Source of the DNA: Haliotis rubra
Taxonomy: Eukaryota
Direction: 5' to 3'
Assembly (NCBI RefSeq): GCF_003918875.1
Contig: NW_025767007.1
Span: 868,001 to 932,000, forward strand
Length of the DNA stretch: 64,000 nucleotides
Part shown: positions 12,665 to 26,300 of the stretch, piece after piece
How positions within the stretch are numbered: the first letter of the stretch is position 1
How the letters are laid out: the number at the start of each line of letters is the position of its first letter
Notes under the pieces: generated by a model
The model's input: the letters and a program-made list of their open reading frames with translations, nothing else
Database searches by the model: none
What the model was told of the DNA's origin: nothing
Translations under genes and position numbers: made by a program

Positions 12665-13068
12665 TATACAACTCACACTTTGCTAAGGATCACAAAAAGT
12701 CACAACTTTACTTAAATGAAGATTTATAATTTGAAATTGTATCGATTTAAAAGTGGATAAGTAATGATATGGTAACCCCTCTTTAGGCAAACAGTTACTT
12801 TAATCTAACCTTATCCACTTGATACATGAGTAACCATAAAAATGGGTTTTCATGGCACCAATAAACCATTTTACATATCATAGGACGAGTCATTGACAAG
12901 TACACAACACCTGTCAATAGCAGGTATGGGATCCACAAGATGAAATGACATACTGAAACCTAGGATCCATGCTTACAAAAAGCTTAGATATTTAAACCAA
13001 ATTTGACCCCACATCATAGTTTTCTGTTGAATCCTTGATTTGATCCTTAGCAAAGTGTGAATAGTATA
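12665..13068. mobile_element. MITE with ~28-bp TIRs and TA ends
   Basis: tcacactttgctaaggatca / tgatccttagcaaagtgtga. Confidence 0.75.
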
Positions 13069-13740
13069 TATAAGGGCAATGACTCAGAATAAAATAAAGT
13101 TACAAAATCTTGCTGCAGATGCGAGTCAGGTCCAGTATAATTGTTTGATTGGCAAGATTAAGGAAAAGCATGATAAATATGCGGACCTCGCCTTTGAAAT
13201 GTCTCGCTTTGCATCCCAAGTACACTGTCGTCAGGCTCCCCCATTGTTCTCGGTGCCCTTGAGTTTGGTACCTCCTGATCTCTTGGCGCAGATCAGGAGA
13301 TACAGCCCTTCTGACACTCTGGGTAATGCAGAAGGCTGCAGTGTTGGGGAGCCTTCATATTCTCCGGAAAGTTCTTGGTGGGTTCGACTAGGCAGCGTTT
13401 CCTGGGAGAAGTCCCATTCGCTGTCTGGGCTGCGTGTAGAGGGGGCAAGGGCCCTGAGCTGATGATGAGCCTTACCAGCCTGACTGTGCCAGGATCACCC
13501 TAACCCTCTCTGCTGCATACAATTTTTAATCTGTAAATAATAATAATAATGAGAAGTTTTATAATGCGTTTATCTACAAGCAACAAAGCATGCTTAAAGC
13601 GTTAACACCCTGATTATTATTACCCCGGATAACCCAAGCTGCCTGTTAGGTGCTAGAAGGTTATAGTCACATGACTTTATCCAACCGGGTACCCATTTTC
13701 TGCTGGGTGAACAGAGGCAATTTTGAACAAACTCACTGCA

Positions 13741-14003
13741 CATAGGGTTTGAAATAAACAAAACACATACATATTTGGTAAATCAACAAATTTAATGAAC
13801 ATAGGGTTTGAAACAAAACACATACATATTTGGTAAATCAACAAAAATGAACATAGGGTTTGGTATATCAACAAATTTAATGAACATAGGGTTTGAAATA
13901 ACAAAACACATACATATTTGGTAAATAAACAAATTTAATGAACATAGGGTTTGAAATAACAAAAAACATACATATTTGGTATATCAACAAATTTAATGAA
14001 CAT
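13741..14003. repeat. ~57-bp tandem repeat
   Basis: catagggtttgaaataaacaaaacacatacatatttggtaaatcaacaaatttaatgaa, about 5 copies. Confidence 0.85.
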
Positions 14004-14089
14004 CCCTAGTTCAAAATGAAATATCTGTAGAGTTCAAAAGAGTCTCCAGTTTGATAACCAATGAACAAAACAACACGTCATCATACTGA

Positions 14090-14665
14090 AATAGCTGAGT
14101 GTACAATACACAATATGTAGCTCCTCCGGCATGACATCCAATCACCTAAACTTAAATAGAACATACATAGTTCAGCTCCTCCAATACTTAAATATCTGAG
14201 TGTAGTGTACAATACACATTCTGTAGCTCCTCCAGCATGACATCCAATCACCTAAACAGAACATACTTCACAATACTTAAATATCTTAAATAGTTCTGAG
14301 CATGTACCTAAACACACAATAATAAGTATCTGTACAATACACATTCTGTAGCTCCTCCAGCATGACATCCAATCACCTAAACAGAACATATACTACTTAA
14401 ATATCTGAGTGTATTAATACAATACTTAAATATCTGAGTGTACTTCACAATACTTAAATACATTCTGTAGCTCCTCTAGCAGCCATACTTCCAATATGAC
14501 ATCCAATCACCTAAACAGAACATACTTTCACAATACTTAAATATCTTGTACATTACACATTCTGTTCCTGCAGTTCTCAACCAAATATTTGCACAATGAC
14601 AACCAATGACAACCAATCACCAAAGAGAACATATTTCACAATGTTTAAATATCTGTACATTACAT
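14090..14665. repeat. Degenerate tandem repeat (~110-bp period)
   Basis: Recurrent ctgtagctcctccagcatgacatccaatcacctaaacagaacatac and caatacttaaatatct. Confidence 0.8.
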
Positions 14666-15930
14666 AGTCATAGTTCTACAGTTGCTCCAGAATGACAAAC
14701 CCCCCCACCCCCATAATTCACAATACTTCAATATATTTTTCGTTCTTCCAGAATATAATCAACACCAGAACATACCCCATAATACTGATATTGTTCACCG
14801 TGAAAACAAAATGAACCAGAAATCCATCCAGCCTGTTCCTGACTTCCATGGTTATTCTTGTAACCACCTTGATGGTGACCACTTCAATACTAAATGGGTA
14901 CAGAATCTTCACATGATTCTCTCATACTATGCAGTGACAAGGTATTGAATCTAAGATCAAGTGGCCATACACACAGTGCCTTTGGCAAAACGATAAATAC
15001 TTGCTAGGTTTCTACTGACTGACCCAAGAGAACTACAGACAGCTATCATGTGATCTTGGACACGAAGTGTATTAGATTTTTTAGTGTATCGAAGACAATT
15101 TTATCAAACAATGCCACAATACATCAACTGGTGTATCACTGTGAAATCCAGATGCAGCGTCATACGAGGAATGACTTTGAGGATCTAGGTGTTAAGCTCA
15201 ACATAACACAACAAAAACAAGAAGAATATTGCCCAAGAACAATATGCATATTAGTATTGCTTTCAGTTGTTTCACATGTCTGTAAGCTATATGCCAGCTA
15301 TGTGCAACATGTAAATATTCAAATCTGTTCCAAAAATTACAATACAAGCAACGTACCATTTGGTACCATTCAGTGTTAGGAACTAATCGGTCTCACAGCT
15401 CCTAAACTGCCTTATTTTCCATACTGCTAAAGCTCTAAATGAAGCAAGTTTAGTGTCTCAGTTTCAGAATTTCCCATCTGACTAGGTCTTCTTTTCAATT
15501 TAAATGGGTTTATTTGTTACTATCAAAATTACATATATTCAGAGACTTAGCGTTTGTCTATGTCAGGAACAGACATTTGGCCTGTACACTAACAGGCTTG
15601 TTCTCGCTGAAAACATGATAAATGAATCAGAACAAAACGGCCCAGCTTCAAAGTACTCTGTTCCTCAGTCTTACTGAACAGTAACTTACAGATGCAAAGC
15701 AGAGAAAGTTATGCGTTCAGTTTATATGCACTCTATGCAGTACAGTAGGTACATTACTTTCAGTTGATACCATTACTGCACTGTTAGCCATTTGATATTT
15801 GTATTTCGTCATTTATATTGAAAAAGTACGTTAAGCCTCTCAGTTTACAGAGTTACAGACTGGTTCCATGACATGCTGCTGATGCTGCTGATGCCTGACC
15901 AAAGATTCCATTTGGCACCTCTTACAAGCA

Positions 15931-16388
15931 CAGTGGGATCTGTCTATTACGGATTGGCCTGGGACCGAATCATTTGTCCGGATTGTAAAGCAGTCCGGAT
16001 TAGTCGACTCTTGTCCGTTACCGTAAGCACTGCCATGATGTGTTACCATACATTACCATAGATAAGCCGAATTTTGAGAACCTCAAAAAAAGCCGTTGGG
16101 GCAAAAAACAACACGACATTGTATCACTTCGTAGTAACGGTGATGTTTATTAAACAGACTGTTATTTTAGTCAGCTAAGTCTGGAATTTAAAGCATTGTT
16201 CTCATAGCAAATTGATTGTGAGGACTGTTATTTTAGTCCATAATCTGTAATCCAGTTGAGAGAGTCCGGTCCATAAAACAAGCTTTAATGATAAATTAAA
16301 CACAATTTTGCCAGGACTCAGACAGTAGTCTGGATTTTGGAGAAAACCGGTTTAAAACCCAAGATTCCGGATTTGACAGATTCCACTG
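15931..16388. mobile_element. pogo/Tigger-like MITE
   Basis: cagtgggatctgtctattacgga / tccggatttgacagattccactg|ta. Confidence 0.7.
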
Positions 16389-16399
16389 TATAATGGCGG

Positions 16400-16622
16400 T
16401 TGGTTTGTTGTTTAACACTGCACTCAGCAATATTCCAGCTATATGGTGGCGGTCTGTAAATAATCGAGTCTGGACCAGACAATCCAGTGATTAATATCAT
16501 GAGTATTGTTCAACACAATTAGGAACTGATGACATGTGTCAACCATGTCAGCGAGCCTGACCACCGGATCATGTTAGTCGCCTCTTACGACAAGATCAAA
16601 TCTAACCTGGATCTTCACGGGT
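16400..16622 (-). mobile_element. SINE-like family B copy
   Basis: Reverse complement of the 610-830 consensus. Confidence 0.8.
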
Positions 16623-17000
16623 ATTACAAGTATAAGTCAACAAAGTAGTATCCATCAGGAAAAAACCCCAGTAAACACTCGAAACACAAAATCATGTCCA
16701 AAAGTAAAGGTATTAAGGAAAAATCGTATTAAATTAGTCTAGGCCATATTAAGAAGCATGTATTCTATTTCAACACTGGCAGAATAAGACTAATGCACTT
16801 GCTAAATCATAATGATATGTTTTTAAATGATACTTGGTAGAAATGTGGGGCCCTAGCTTACAATTACATTAGACCACTTACATAAGCGGGTTTGGGTTAA
16901 CACAACTTTCAACTGTTTATCAATAAACCAAGAAATATGTGAAGGGAAACTCCTGACCTACTTACATTTTGAGAGAACCAGCTAGACATTTACAAATATG

Positions 17001-17172
17001 ACTGACTGACTGACTGAGTTTGGTTTTATGCCGCTTTTAGCAATATTCCAGCAACATCACCGAGGGGGACACCAGAAATGGGCTTCACACATTGTAACCA
17101 TGTGGGGATTCGAACCCGGGTCTTCGGCCTGACGAGCCAACGCTTTGACCACTAGGCTACCCCAACGCCCCT
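17001..17172 (-). mobile_element. SINE family A copy
   Basis: Same consensus with a (CAGT)n tail. Confidence 0.85.
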
Positions 17173-17606
17173 TATAAAGATGAGTCATCAGAAGATGACA
17201 TTTGAGAAACATCCCACCTGATCTGGTGCAATTTGGAAATTGAGTTTGTACCTTACATGAACCCCATTTCTGTCTCATTGCTATCGGATACCTTCTGTTC
17301 AGTAGAGAAAAATATAATCCTTTCCACATCATTAAAACATCCTTTTGCATCAAAAGGTAACAGCTCTATTTCGTCTAAATGTTTGATGGTATAGGAGTTC
17401 GGAAATGAATGCTACCCTCATTTCCAGTAAGAGTCAAACGTTTCTTCATGAAAACATAATAATTAAAATTGAATTATATCAAATCATCAAAGAGCATCAG
17501 TACACTACAAACAATACACAACATATTCAATAGTTTTGAAATTCTGCTCTGGAAATGGAAAACTGATGGACATGCTGATCCTTATATCCCCTGAGGCGGG
17601 GGAAAA

Positions 17607-17955
17607 CAGGGCTCCAGATAAGGGCCGTATCAGCTTATGTACGGATATAAAATAAGCACGATACGGTAGGAAACAATTTTAAAAACGTAGCAGATATGGA
17701 CCACAGCAATGGTGTACGGTTTCAGAATCATTTACAGACGTATTTATCTGAAAAAGTATTGTTTTATTGTTTACTGACCTGTTTACACAAGAGTAGCAAT
17801 GTTGTGGTGCATATATGAAACAAAACACAAGATTACTGATACGCCATTAAATTCCATTCAGTACTCTAACTGTACTCTTATTGTTTTCCAGTACTCCTAT
17901 ATTGAAAAAATAAGGAGTACATACTCCTGATCATGAAAAATTATCTGGAGCCCTG
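17607..17955. mobile_element. MITE with a perfect 15-bp TIR and 6-bp TSD
   Basis: ggaaaa|cagggctccagataa ... ttatctggagccctg|ggaaaa. Confidence 0.85.
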
Positions 17956-18224
17956 GGAAAATATACATTGAATGTAATCATCAATATTGGTAGTCAAGGT
18001 ATCACATTTTGTTCTCCACAAATGGGAGTGAGTGAAATTTTATGTCACATTGGCAATATTTCAGCCATATCATGACAACCTTCACAAATGGAAAACAGAT
18101 GAACTTCCTGTGCCCTTTCCTCAAACGGGATAAAAACTGAAAATGACCTTTAATAAACCTGATGAACTGGTTACCCACCACAACATCGCGTTTTCAGAGG
18201 ATTTGAGTTGTGACTGAACAGTGT

Positions 18225-19214
18225 TCATGGGTTAGCTCGCTTGATGACCTTGACCATTCCATCACTACTACCTACAATGAGGTTACACTCCGGTGTGGAC
18301 GCCAGGCACTTGGGTATGAATCCTTGGTCAAACATGAGAGTGTGGTCATCCATCAGGTTCCCCTTCCAGCTGAGCTGAATCACAGCCTGACTGGACATGT
18401 CTGCCACGAAAATGTTCCCAAGCTTGTCTACACAGACGCCGTAGGGGCAGAACTGTTCTGTGTCCTGGTGTAGACCTTCACCACTGTATATCTTCGTGAT
18501 GTGGTAAGTGCATCCCTGTTTGGACAGAAATACAACTCTGTGAGCCTTGGGGTCTGTTACTATCACCATGGTCTGATTGCTTTTGCTCCATAAGGCGACA
18601 TCTGCTGGTTTCTTGAACACTGTTCCCATCTTGTCGTTGAACACCCAAGATACATTGCCACCATCTTTGCGAATGTTGATAATACCAGCCTTTGATTCTT
18701 TGGATGAGCCGATGGCAATAATGGTTTCCTCTGTTGCTGTGATTGCTGAAGGAAGTATGGGGAGGTTCTCGGCCAGTGGCAACTGGATACACAAATCAAC
18801 CATCAGAATGTTGATGAGCTTCCTTGAAGCCGAGGCAAGGAACACAGATCCTGACTCATTGACAGCAACTGAGCTGACTTCAAAGTTAATACTGTGTCTA
18901 TCTATCATAGAACCAGTGGTGCTGAGAAAATCTAAGGACATCAAACAAGGATCATAACAGAGAAATATTCCTGTTTTCGATGAAGCAAGAGATCTTGCTT
19001 TCAAGTGACCTTGAGGTACTCTAAATGTGGCCAAAAACTTTGTTCCTCTTGGTACAAGGCCTTTGTCAGATTCAGCAGCATAAGTGTTGATCCTGCCTAG
19101 CAATGCATCCATCTGTGTGACTCTTGATCTATCAGACCCAGACATTTCATAAGCAAAGTCAGAACAAACCTCAACTGGGCCAGGAAGATCTTTCTTCAGG
19201 CCATCAAGTGCTTT
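18225..19214 (-). CDS. TRIM-NHL C-terminal part (NHL/beta-propeller), in the -1 frame relative to the N-terminal part
   Basis: FKKPADVAL...IVTDPKAHRVVFL and FCPYGVCVDKLGNIFVADMSSQAV are NHL-like blades. The frame stays open upstream of the annotated ATG (KALDGLKKDLPGPVEVCSDFAYE-M) and overlaps the end of the RING ORF. Confidence 0.85.
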   Translation of the reverse strand, partial: KALDGLKKDLPGPVEVCSDFAYEMSGSDRSRVTQMDALLGRINTYAAESDKGLVPRGTKFLATFRVPQGHLKARSLASSKTGIFLCYDPCLMSLDFLSTTGSMIDRHSINFEVSSVAVNESGSVFLASASRKLINILMVDLCIQLPLAENLPILPSAITATEETIIAIGSSKESKAGIINIRKDGGNVSWVFNDKMGTVFKKPADVALWSKSNQTMVIVTDPKAHRVVFLSKQGCTYHITKIYSGEGLHQDTEQFCPYGVCVDKLGNIFVADMSSQAVIQLSWKGNLMDDHTLMFDQGFIPKCLASTPECNLIVGSSDGMVKVIKRANP

Positions 19215-20176
19215 ACTTCTTTGCGACTGTCCTGCATCTCTTGGAAGGAACCCTTCTCCAGAGTATTTGTAATTTTGTTCTTCACTTCATCCAATTGCTT
19301 CAGATCCATGTCAATTTTCTCAAGATGGGCTGAAATGGTGTTGAAACTGGCCTTTGCTCGCTTCTTCAACTTGCCCTCCATACACTTGGAACGTTCAGTG
19401 ACTAGCTTCAGAACAACTTCCCTGTCACTACTAATCTGCTCCATCACTTCATCTACCTTCCAGTGGCATCTCACCTCCATCTTCACACCTTTATCATTCA
19501 AATCCTCGAGCTTATGACACATTCTCTGCGCCTCAAAGTTGCATTCACGTAGCTCTTTCTTGATCATGTTGACTCTGTCCTCCAGGTCCTCTGACTTATG
19601 TCCTTCATGGGCAGTCAACTTGCAGGACATGCATATGGGGACATCACAACGGAGGCAGTAATAGATGAGGATCTCTCCCCTGGCATGATGCTTTGGGCAC
19701 AGCAGGATCTCACTAACTTCTGCAGCAGCCGATTCCTCTTGGATGAGAACCACATGGTGGTTCCTATGTGACTTTGGCTTCTTATGGTTCTTCTTACAAC
19801 CATTGCAGAGATTCATGTGACACGTCCTGCAATCAAATCTTGCTGCACTCTTCTTGCATATGCCACACATATTTTGTGACTTGGGGATGACCTTCTGTTG
19901 AGCTTGAGATGGGTTAGTTTTACCCATTTCCCTGATATTGGTGATGTAGAAATTAGTCTGAAATCCTTGGACACCTTTTGCAGGTAGCTTGACATTTCCC
20001 CTACACTGAGGGCAGGGGAAGTGACCACTGGTGGTTGTCCTTCCAGCATGCTGCTCCAAGCATTCCACACAGAAGGTGTGGAAACAAGGCAGCAGCTTGG
20101 GGTCGATGTATTCCTCCAGGCAGATGCTGCAAACGACTGCCTGGTCACGGCTGCTGGTGTCACCTCCTGTGGCCAT
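19196..20176 (-). CDS. TRIM-NHL E3 ligase, N-terminal part (RING, B-box1, B-box2, coiled coil)
   Basis: CSICLEEYIDPKLLPCFHTFCVEC...CPQCR (C3HC4 RING); CGIC...CRTCHMNLCNGCKKNH...H (B-box1); CPKH...YYCLRCDVPICMSCKLTAHEGH (B-box2). A 5'UTR acceptor (cattttcAG) lies just upstream, at 20218-20219. Confidence 0.92.
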   Translation of the reverse strand: MATGGDTSSRDQAVVCSICLEEYIDPKLLPCFHTFCVECLEQHAGRTTTSGHFPCPQCRGNVKLPAKGVQGFQTNFYITNIREMGKTNPSQAQQKVIPKSQNMCGICKKSAARFDCRTCHMNLCNGCKKNHKKPKSHRNHHVVLIQEESAAAEVSEILLCPKHHARGEILIYYCLRCDVPICMSCKLTAHEGHKSEDLEDRVNMIKKELRECNFEAQRMCHKLEDLNDKGVKMEVRCHWKVDEVMEQISSDREVVLKLVTERSKCMEGKLKKRAKASFNTISAHLEKIDMDLKQLDEVKNKITNTLEKGSFQEMQDSRKEVKHLMA

Positions 20177-20613
20177 CTTTTCTCACACAGAGCTACTTCT
20201 GATTCAGACAAGTGATCCTGAAAATGACAGAATCAATACATCAGATAATGTGTCATATTCAGACCTACCAACAATTACTTCCCTATTGTTGACACAAATA
20301 GAATGTGTTGATCACTGGATTGTATGGTCCAGACTCAGTTATTAACAGACCGCCGCCATATAGCAGGAATATGGCTGAGACTGATGTTATACAACAAATA
20401 AACAAACACAAATAAAATGAATACCAAAAATTCTACATGACCCATATAAAATTGATATTTAACTTCTTCTTTTGACATCAATGTAGATGACACACAATAA
20501 AATATGTCACTAAATATGATTCAGGAAGTTGTCTCTTAATCCCAACACAATTTCTGGGCATTTTCTGAGACTAGTATCTGACCACTTACTGACAGCAATT
20601 CTCTTAATCAAGT

Positions 20614-20782
20614 AGGGGCGTTGGGGTAGCCGAGTGGTTGAGGCAATCGCTTGCCATGTTGAAGTCCCGGGTTCGATTCCCCACATGGGTACAATGTGTG
20701 AAGCCCATTTCTGGTGCCCCCCCACCTTGATATTGCTGGAATATTGCTAAAAGTGCCATAAAACTAAACTCTCTCACTCACT
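20614..20782 (+). mobile_element. SINE family A copy
   Basis: ggggcgttggggtagccgagtggttg...gggttcgattccccacatggg...aaactctctcactc. Confidence 0.85.
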
Positions 20783-21791
20783 CTAAATCACCCATGAGAA
20801 ATAAACAATTCCTTATCTAGAACAATTACGCAATGATCAATAATGTGATTTTCCAATGTCAACCGAGCCAATGACAAAATAAAGTTTTGATGCTAAAAAT
20901 ATGCCATGCTGAAAGTTTACGAGGCAAACCATCTGGATGAAGAAATGATTTTATGAGAGCTTCAATTATAACATCACTGAAACTGATGCTACACCATCAC
21001 CACGGTCCTTATGCTAGCCTATTTAGCCCCTCTCATAAAACTATGTGATAACTTCAGATTACCTTAAGGCATGTATTGGGCTCTGAAGATTTTCCTTCTG
21101 ACATGTACAGCATCTCAATTCAAGACTGCCTCTTAAGAATTGTTCTGGGCCCTTGTGGTGGTTTTATCTATTTTTCTTTGTGAAGATACAAAACTTTATT
21201 TCTGGGACCACATGCGAGTATTAACTTCCTGTGTTAAGAGTTGTAAGGACACAAGTAAAACACATTTCTGTACAAGGACAAATTTGGAAAACATGCGATG
21301 GGATGCCTTGTGATGAATATTTCATGAAACTATAATAAACGAACCCAGGGTCAACATATTTGGACTACGTTGACAAACACAAGGGCATTGAGACCATAGA
21401 ACACTATACATGCTCAGTGTGATTCACACAATACACATAAGGATTCAAAATATGACAAGTGTAATCAGCCAATCACAGTCAATATCACTAGTGAGTGAGT
21501 GAGTGAGTATGGTTTTACTCTGCTTTTAGCAATATTCCAGCAATATCATGGCAGGGGACACCAGAAATGGGCTTCACAATATTTATACCCATGTGGAGAC
21601 AAACTTCTGAATAACAACTCTTAATCACGTTAACCAAAAGATTTTCTTCATGTTGGCACATTCAATTCCAATAGGGCACATGACACATGAATCTCTATTT
21701 CTACTCATGTTCTCTCTGTGAAGGACTGTACCTCGCATGAACATTTCCACACAGTGGCAATACTCCAAATCCAAAATCCCAGTTCCCTACA

Positions 21792-22010
21792 ACCCGTGAA
21801 GATCGAGGTTAAACTTGATCTTCAGTAACCCATGCTTGTTGTAAGAGGCGATTAACGTGATCGGGTGGTCAGGCTTTCTGACTTGGTTGACACATGTCAT
21901 CGATTCCCAATTGCATAGATTGATGCTCATGCTGTTGACCACTGGATTGTCTGGTCCAGGCTTGATTATTTACAGACCGCTGCCACATAGCTGGAATATT
22001 GCTGAGTGCT
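21792..22010 (+). mobile_element. SINE-like family B copy
   Basis: Consensus match. Confidence 0.8.
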
Positions 22011-22419
22011 TGGCAATATCATCACAAAGTACATTCAGATTCCACAGTTGACGATCATACTACCAAAAGGTGGGAGTTAACATGACAGTAGCATATAGCA
22101 TTTTTGAGTAAATTCCTTAGAGTGAGAGTGTGTGTGTAAAGGTTTGAACCAGAAACTAGATTTCAAGGTTTAGCCAAATTTCAAAGCTGCAATCAGATAA
22201 CTGGGGTTTATTCAAATGGGAAAATGGGGTAATCTTGACTGACTCCTTCGTTTCAGTGATGCCTTCAAATTTGAATGTCTGTTATTATCACACTCTTGAT
22301 AAGAAGGCAAGGGAGGTAACCCATACTGTCCCTTTCAGACAACAATATTATGAACGACAGAAAACTTTAAATTCATAACCGATGACCTGATTCATTAGTG
22401 GGGCGATGATTTCAGTAGG

Positions 22420-22846
22420 CAGAGGTACAGATAAGCTGCGTATCTGAGTAAATTACGGCAAATATTTATGTGAAAACTCAATTCCTGTTAAGTCTATTGC
22501 GTACAAGTATGCTTGAAATTTTGTAAATACTCAATAAATGTGATCTTAGCTTGCGTACTGGTGGATAGATAAAATAACTGAGACGCATACTGAGAGGTTG
22601 TATTACTGGACATGAACTTGACAACTTTCTTATCATTTCTCATATTACAGATCAAATATAAATAACAAACATTAATATTTAAACTTTCATATTTTTTAAA
22701 TTAATGGAAAATGGCAAAATACCCAATGAGTTTGAGTGAGGTGAGTACAATATATTTGGTAACTCAAAGGAAAATTAGGATACCCAATTGAGATGAACAG
22801 AAGCGAGTACATTACTCAATGACCCAAAACGTTATCTGTAGCTCTG
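22420..22846. mobile_element. Related MITE with 15-bp TIR and 6-bp TSD
   Basis: agtagg|cagaggtacagataa ... ttatctgtagctctg|agtagg. Confidence 0.85.
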
Positions 22847-23342
22847 AGTAGGTTAATGACTTGATTGGCTATCTACCAAATCATAATGTTAAAAGATTGT
22901 AATAGTCGATAAAATGCCCAGTGTTCTGAGAAGGGCATTGAAAATCATGTTCAATACTTCTTTGATGTGGGGTAGATTTTATGCACAGAACTGTCCAAAT
23001 TATCGTCTCTGCAATTTAACGACAATGTCAAGAGTGACTGAAATATATGTACACCCAGGCTTTGAGGGTATATTGTTGCATCTGCATCCTGTTAAGTGTG
23101 GGTGTGTGAGACAATCTGTGTGCAAGTATGTGTATGTGTGTTCAGTGTATATGTTTTTTAGCACCTGGATAGTATGAATAGTGTGTGTAAAGTGTAACAT
23201 ATAGGTAGGTGTTTGAAGGGTAGGCATATTTGTGCTAAGGGTGTTGTCAGCGTTCGAAATACCTGCCAGCCCGACCGCCCAGGACAGGTTATTTTCAACA
23301 CAGACTGCCAGATTCTCACATTCACCTGCCCGACGGTCCGGT

Positions 23343-26300
23343 TAAAATTTAGACATGTATATGAAGGTATTTTGTGGGCAGGTATGTTTTGATCAGGACT
23401 GGCACGTTTTACATCCAATCTGCCCTGTTGTCTGGCTGAAAGTTTTGGAAGTTTCATACCCTGGTGTTGTGTGTGTGTGGCATCGCTTTTGTACATAACA
23501 TGCAGAGGGGTGGGGGTGGGGTGGTATGTGGGTGTGAGAGATATACGTACTTACATTGTACGTACATTTAGGTGTGTGTGTGTAGGTGTGTGTGTCGTCA
23601 TTCACATTGTACATGCTTCTCAATAAGAATCATCATCACCCCCTAGCCGTAAATTATGAATGCTCAGAATGGTCCCTACTACTGACCACAGTGCTGAGTT
23701 CCTAAACGTCGTGTTCCTGCCAAGGTGTATGCCTTGGCAGAACACGACGTTAGTGAACTAAGTGCTCGAAGACTCTAGATCACGTGTGTGGAGTTATACA
23801 ACATTTGCTTGCTGATGACAACGTTTGACACTCCATATAGTGTCCCCCATTCCCACATACGCGATTAGATATATATAAACATATCATAAATATTCCGATT
23901 TGTCCTTACTTTCGACAAAACTTGGCCAGCTTCCACCCACACGTACCTTGTCCCGTTCGCGCCGTACTTTCGGTTTAAGTCAATCTGATATTAGAGTGAC
24001 CTCCCCTTGCCCGTCAAAGTTGGTACACGTTTAGACGAATGCTTAGTCTCTGAATATATATAATTTTGGTAGTAAAAAAACAAGCCCATTTAAATTGAAA
24101 AGGAGCCCCAGGGAGACCAGAGATTCAGAACCTGAACCTGAGGAAATCTAGACTTGCTTTATTTAGGGCTTTAGCACTGCAGAGAGGGCTTGGCAGTAGG
24201 GAAAGTAATGTGGTTCATGGACTGAGACAGACTAGTACACGTTTACAAGTCAATTATACGGTGTTATAATTTATTAGCAAAGGCAAGCTGAATAAAGACT
24301 GTATATATCTAGAACACACAAACAGTGGTGCCCTTTGTTTTACAAAATCATAACTATGAACATTTATGTACATTTCCGATCGAAATAGCATGCATATGTT
24401 TGAAAATAATGGTTTTGGAACTGGCCCTATTAGTTGTATATATAGATCTAACCACAACAACGATATTCCTCTGATAGGAATCGATCGAAAGTCCAGATTT
24501 GATCATTTTGTCTTGAAAATCAACATGTATCTGTTTGTTGAGAAAGAATAATTATATATCCGTGTTTTAATATGATAAACATAAGCTGGTATTTCAGGAA
24601 TTTGTTTCAATAATGAATAGGTGGCCAATTTGTTAATGGTTATTACTTGCTATAGCCTAAAATAGATTCATAATGTTATGAAAATGTGTCTTTGTTGATA
24701 TTTTGCTGTTAGATAGTCTTAACAGTCTTTTGTCAACTGATAGAAGAAGCCTGTAATTTAGCTGAAAACATCACAACCTTTGATGTTTTAAGTACATTTA
24801 CTCAACCTCAGACTTATACAGGAAGGAAGGCTGAAGGCATACATCCTAAAAAATCCTCAACAGCTAGGCAGGAGGAGGTTTTCAATTGTGGAGTTCATTC
24901 AAGGATGGAGACCTGTCTCTGTCGCAGCTTACTGTCAAGATGTGCGATGATCCATGGACCAATCGCTCAAGCATCCGCCAAATATGGACGCGGTGAACAT
25001 GTGTTATGTTGACGGTTTGTTATCGCCTTTATTATAATCTTGTTATTTTAATGTAATGGTTGATTGAGTGAGTTGTGATTTTACCGCTTTTTAGCAATAT
25101 TCCAGCTGTATCAAGGTGTTATAATCTTGCTGAAATAAAAACCATAAGTCAACGCCATACTGTGTTTTTTATATGTTGATTCTAATGTTATAATTAAACT
25201 TAACTACAACATAAAAGTCAACATCATACTGTGTTTTGTATATGGTGCCGTTTTTAGCTCAGAAATCAGTAGCCGTTTTCGCCAATACGGTGCCGTTTTC
25301 GCCGCACGATTTTGGTGCCGTTCTGCTGTGGTTCCGTTTTAGCTTATAACCCAAAATTTAGACATGTATATGAAGGTATTTTGTGGGCAGGAAAGTTTTG
25401 ATCAGGACTGGCAAGTTTTACATCTAACCAGCCCTGTTGTCTGGCTGAGAGTTTTGGAAGTTTCATACCCTGGTGTTATGTGTAGGGCATTGCTTTTGTA
25501 CATAACAGTCAGAGGAGGTGGGGGTGGGGGTGGGGGTGGGGTGGGATGTGTGTGAGAGCGATATACGTACTTTACATTGTACGTACATTTAGGTGTGTGT
25601 GTAGGGGTGTGTGTGTCGTCATTCACATTGTACATGCTTCTCAATAAGAATCATCATCACCCCTAGCCGTAAATTATGAATGCTCAGAATGGTCCCTAAT
25701 ACTACCTGACCACAGTGCTCGAAGACTCTAGTAGTCTCTAGATCACGTGTGTGGAGTTATACGACATTTGCTTGCTGATAACAACGTTTGACAGTCCATA
25801 TAGTGTCTCCCATTCCCACATACGCGATTGGAAATATATAAACATATCATAAATATTTCGATTTGTCCTTACTTTCGACAAAACTTGGCCAGCTTCCACC
25901 CACACGTACCTTGTCCCGTTCGCGCCGTACTTTCGGTTTAAGTCAATCTGATATTAGAGTGACCTCCCCTTGCCCGTCAAAGTTGGTACACGTTTAGACG
26001 AATGCTTAGTCTCTGAATATATATTAGGGCTTCCACGGGTACTCGAGTACTCGAGGACGAGTCGGGTTCAGCTGGACTCGAGTCCATTTTCAAGGACTCG
26101 AGGACTCGAAAAGGGGAGATAACTCGAATTATTTGACGTTGACAGACTGTCTGCCATGTGCTAAGCACGAGCGGCCGTTAACGTCTAATATTAAGATAAG
26201 ATATAACTTTATTATCCCGGAGGAAATTCTGATACATCCAAACTGTCTCAAAATGAATATATACACAGTTCACAAAAAATATACACAATAATTACATGCT

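Noticed and set aside
13079-13535. 127-aa + ORF and an exon-like minus-strand segment with an acceptor near 13531
   Set aside because: No domain on the + strand, and all three minus frames close shortly after the acceptor. At most a non-coding or decayed exon.
19196-19286. Small intron or programmed frameshift explaining the TRIM frame break
   Set aside because: No convincing GT-AG intron of plausible size or canonical slippery heptamer was seen; a 1-nt indel is simpler.
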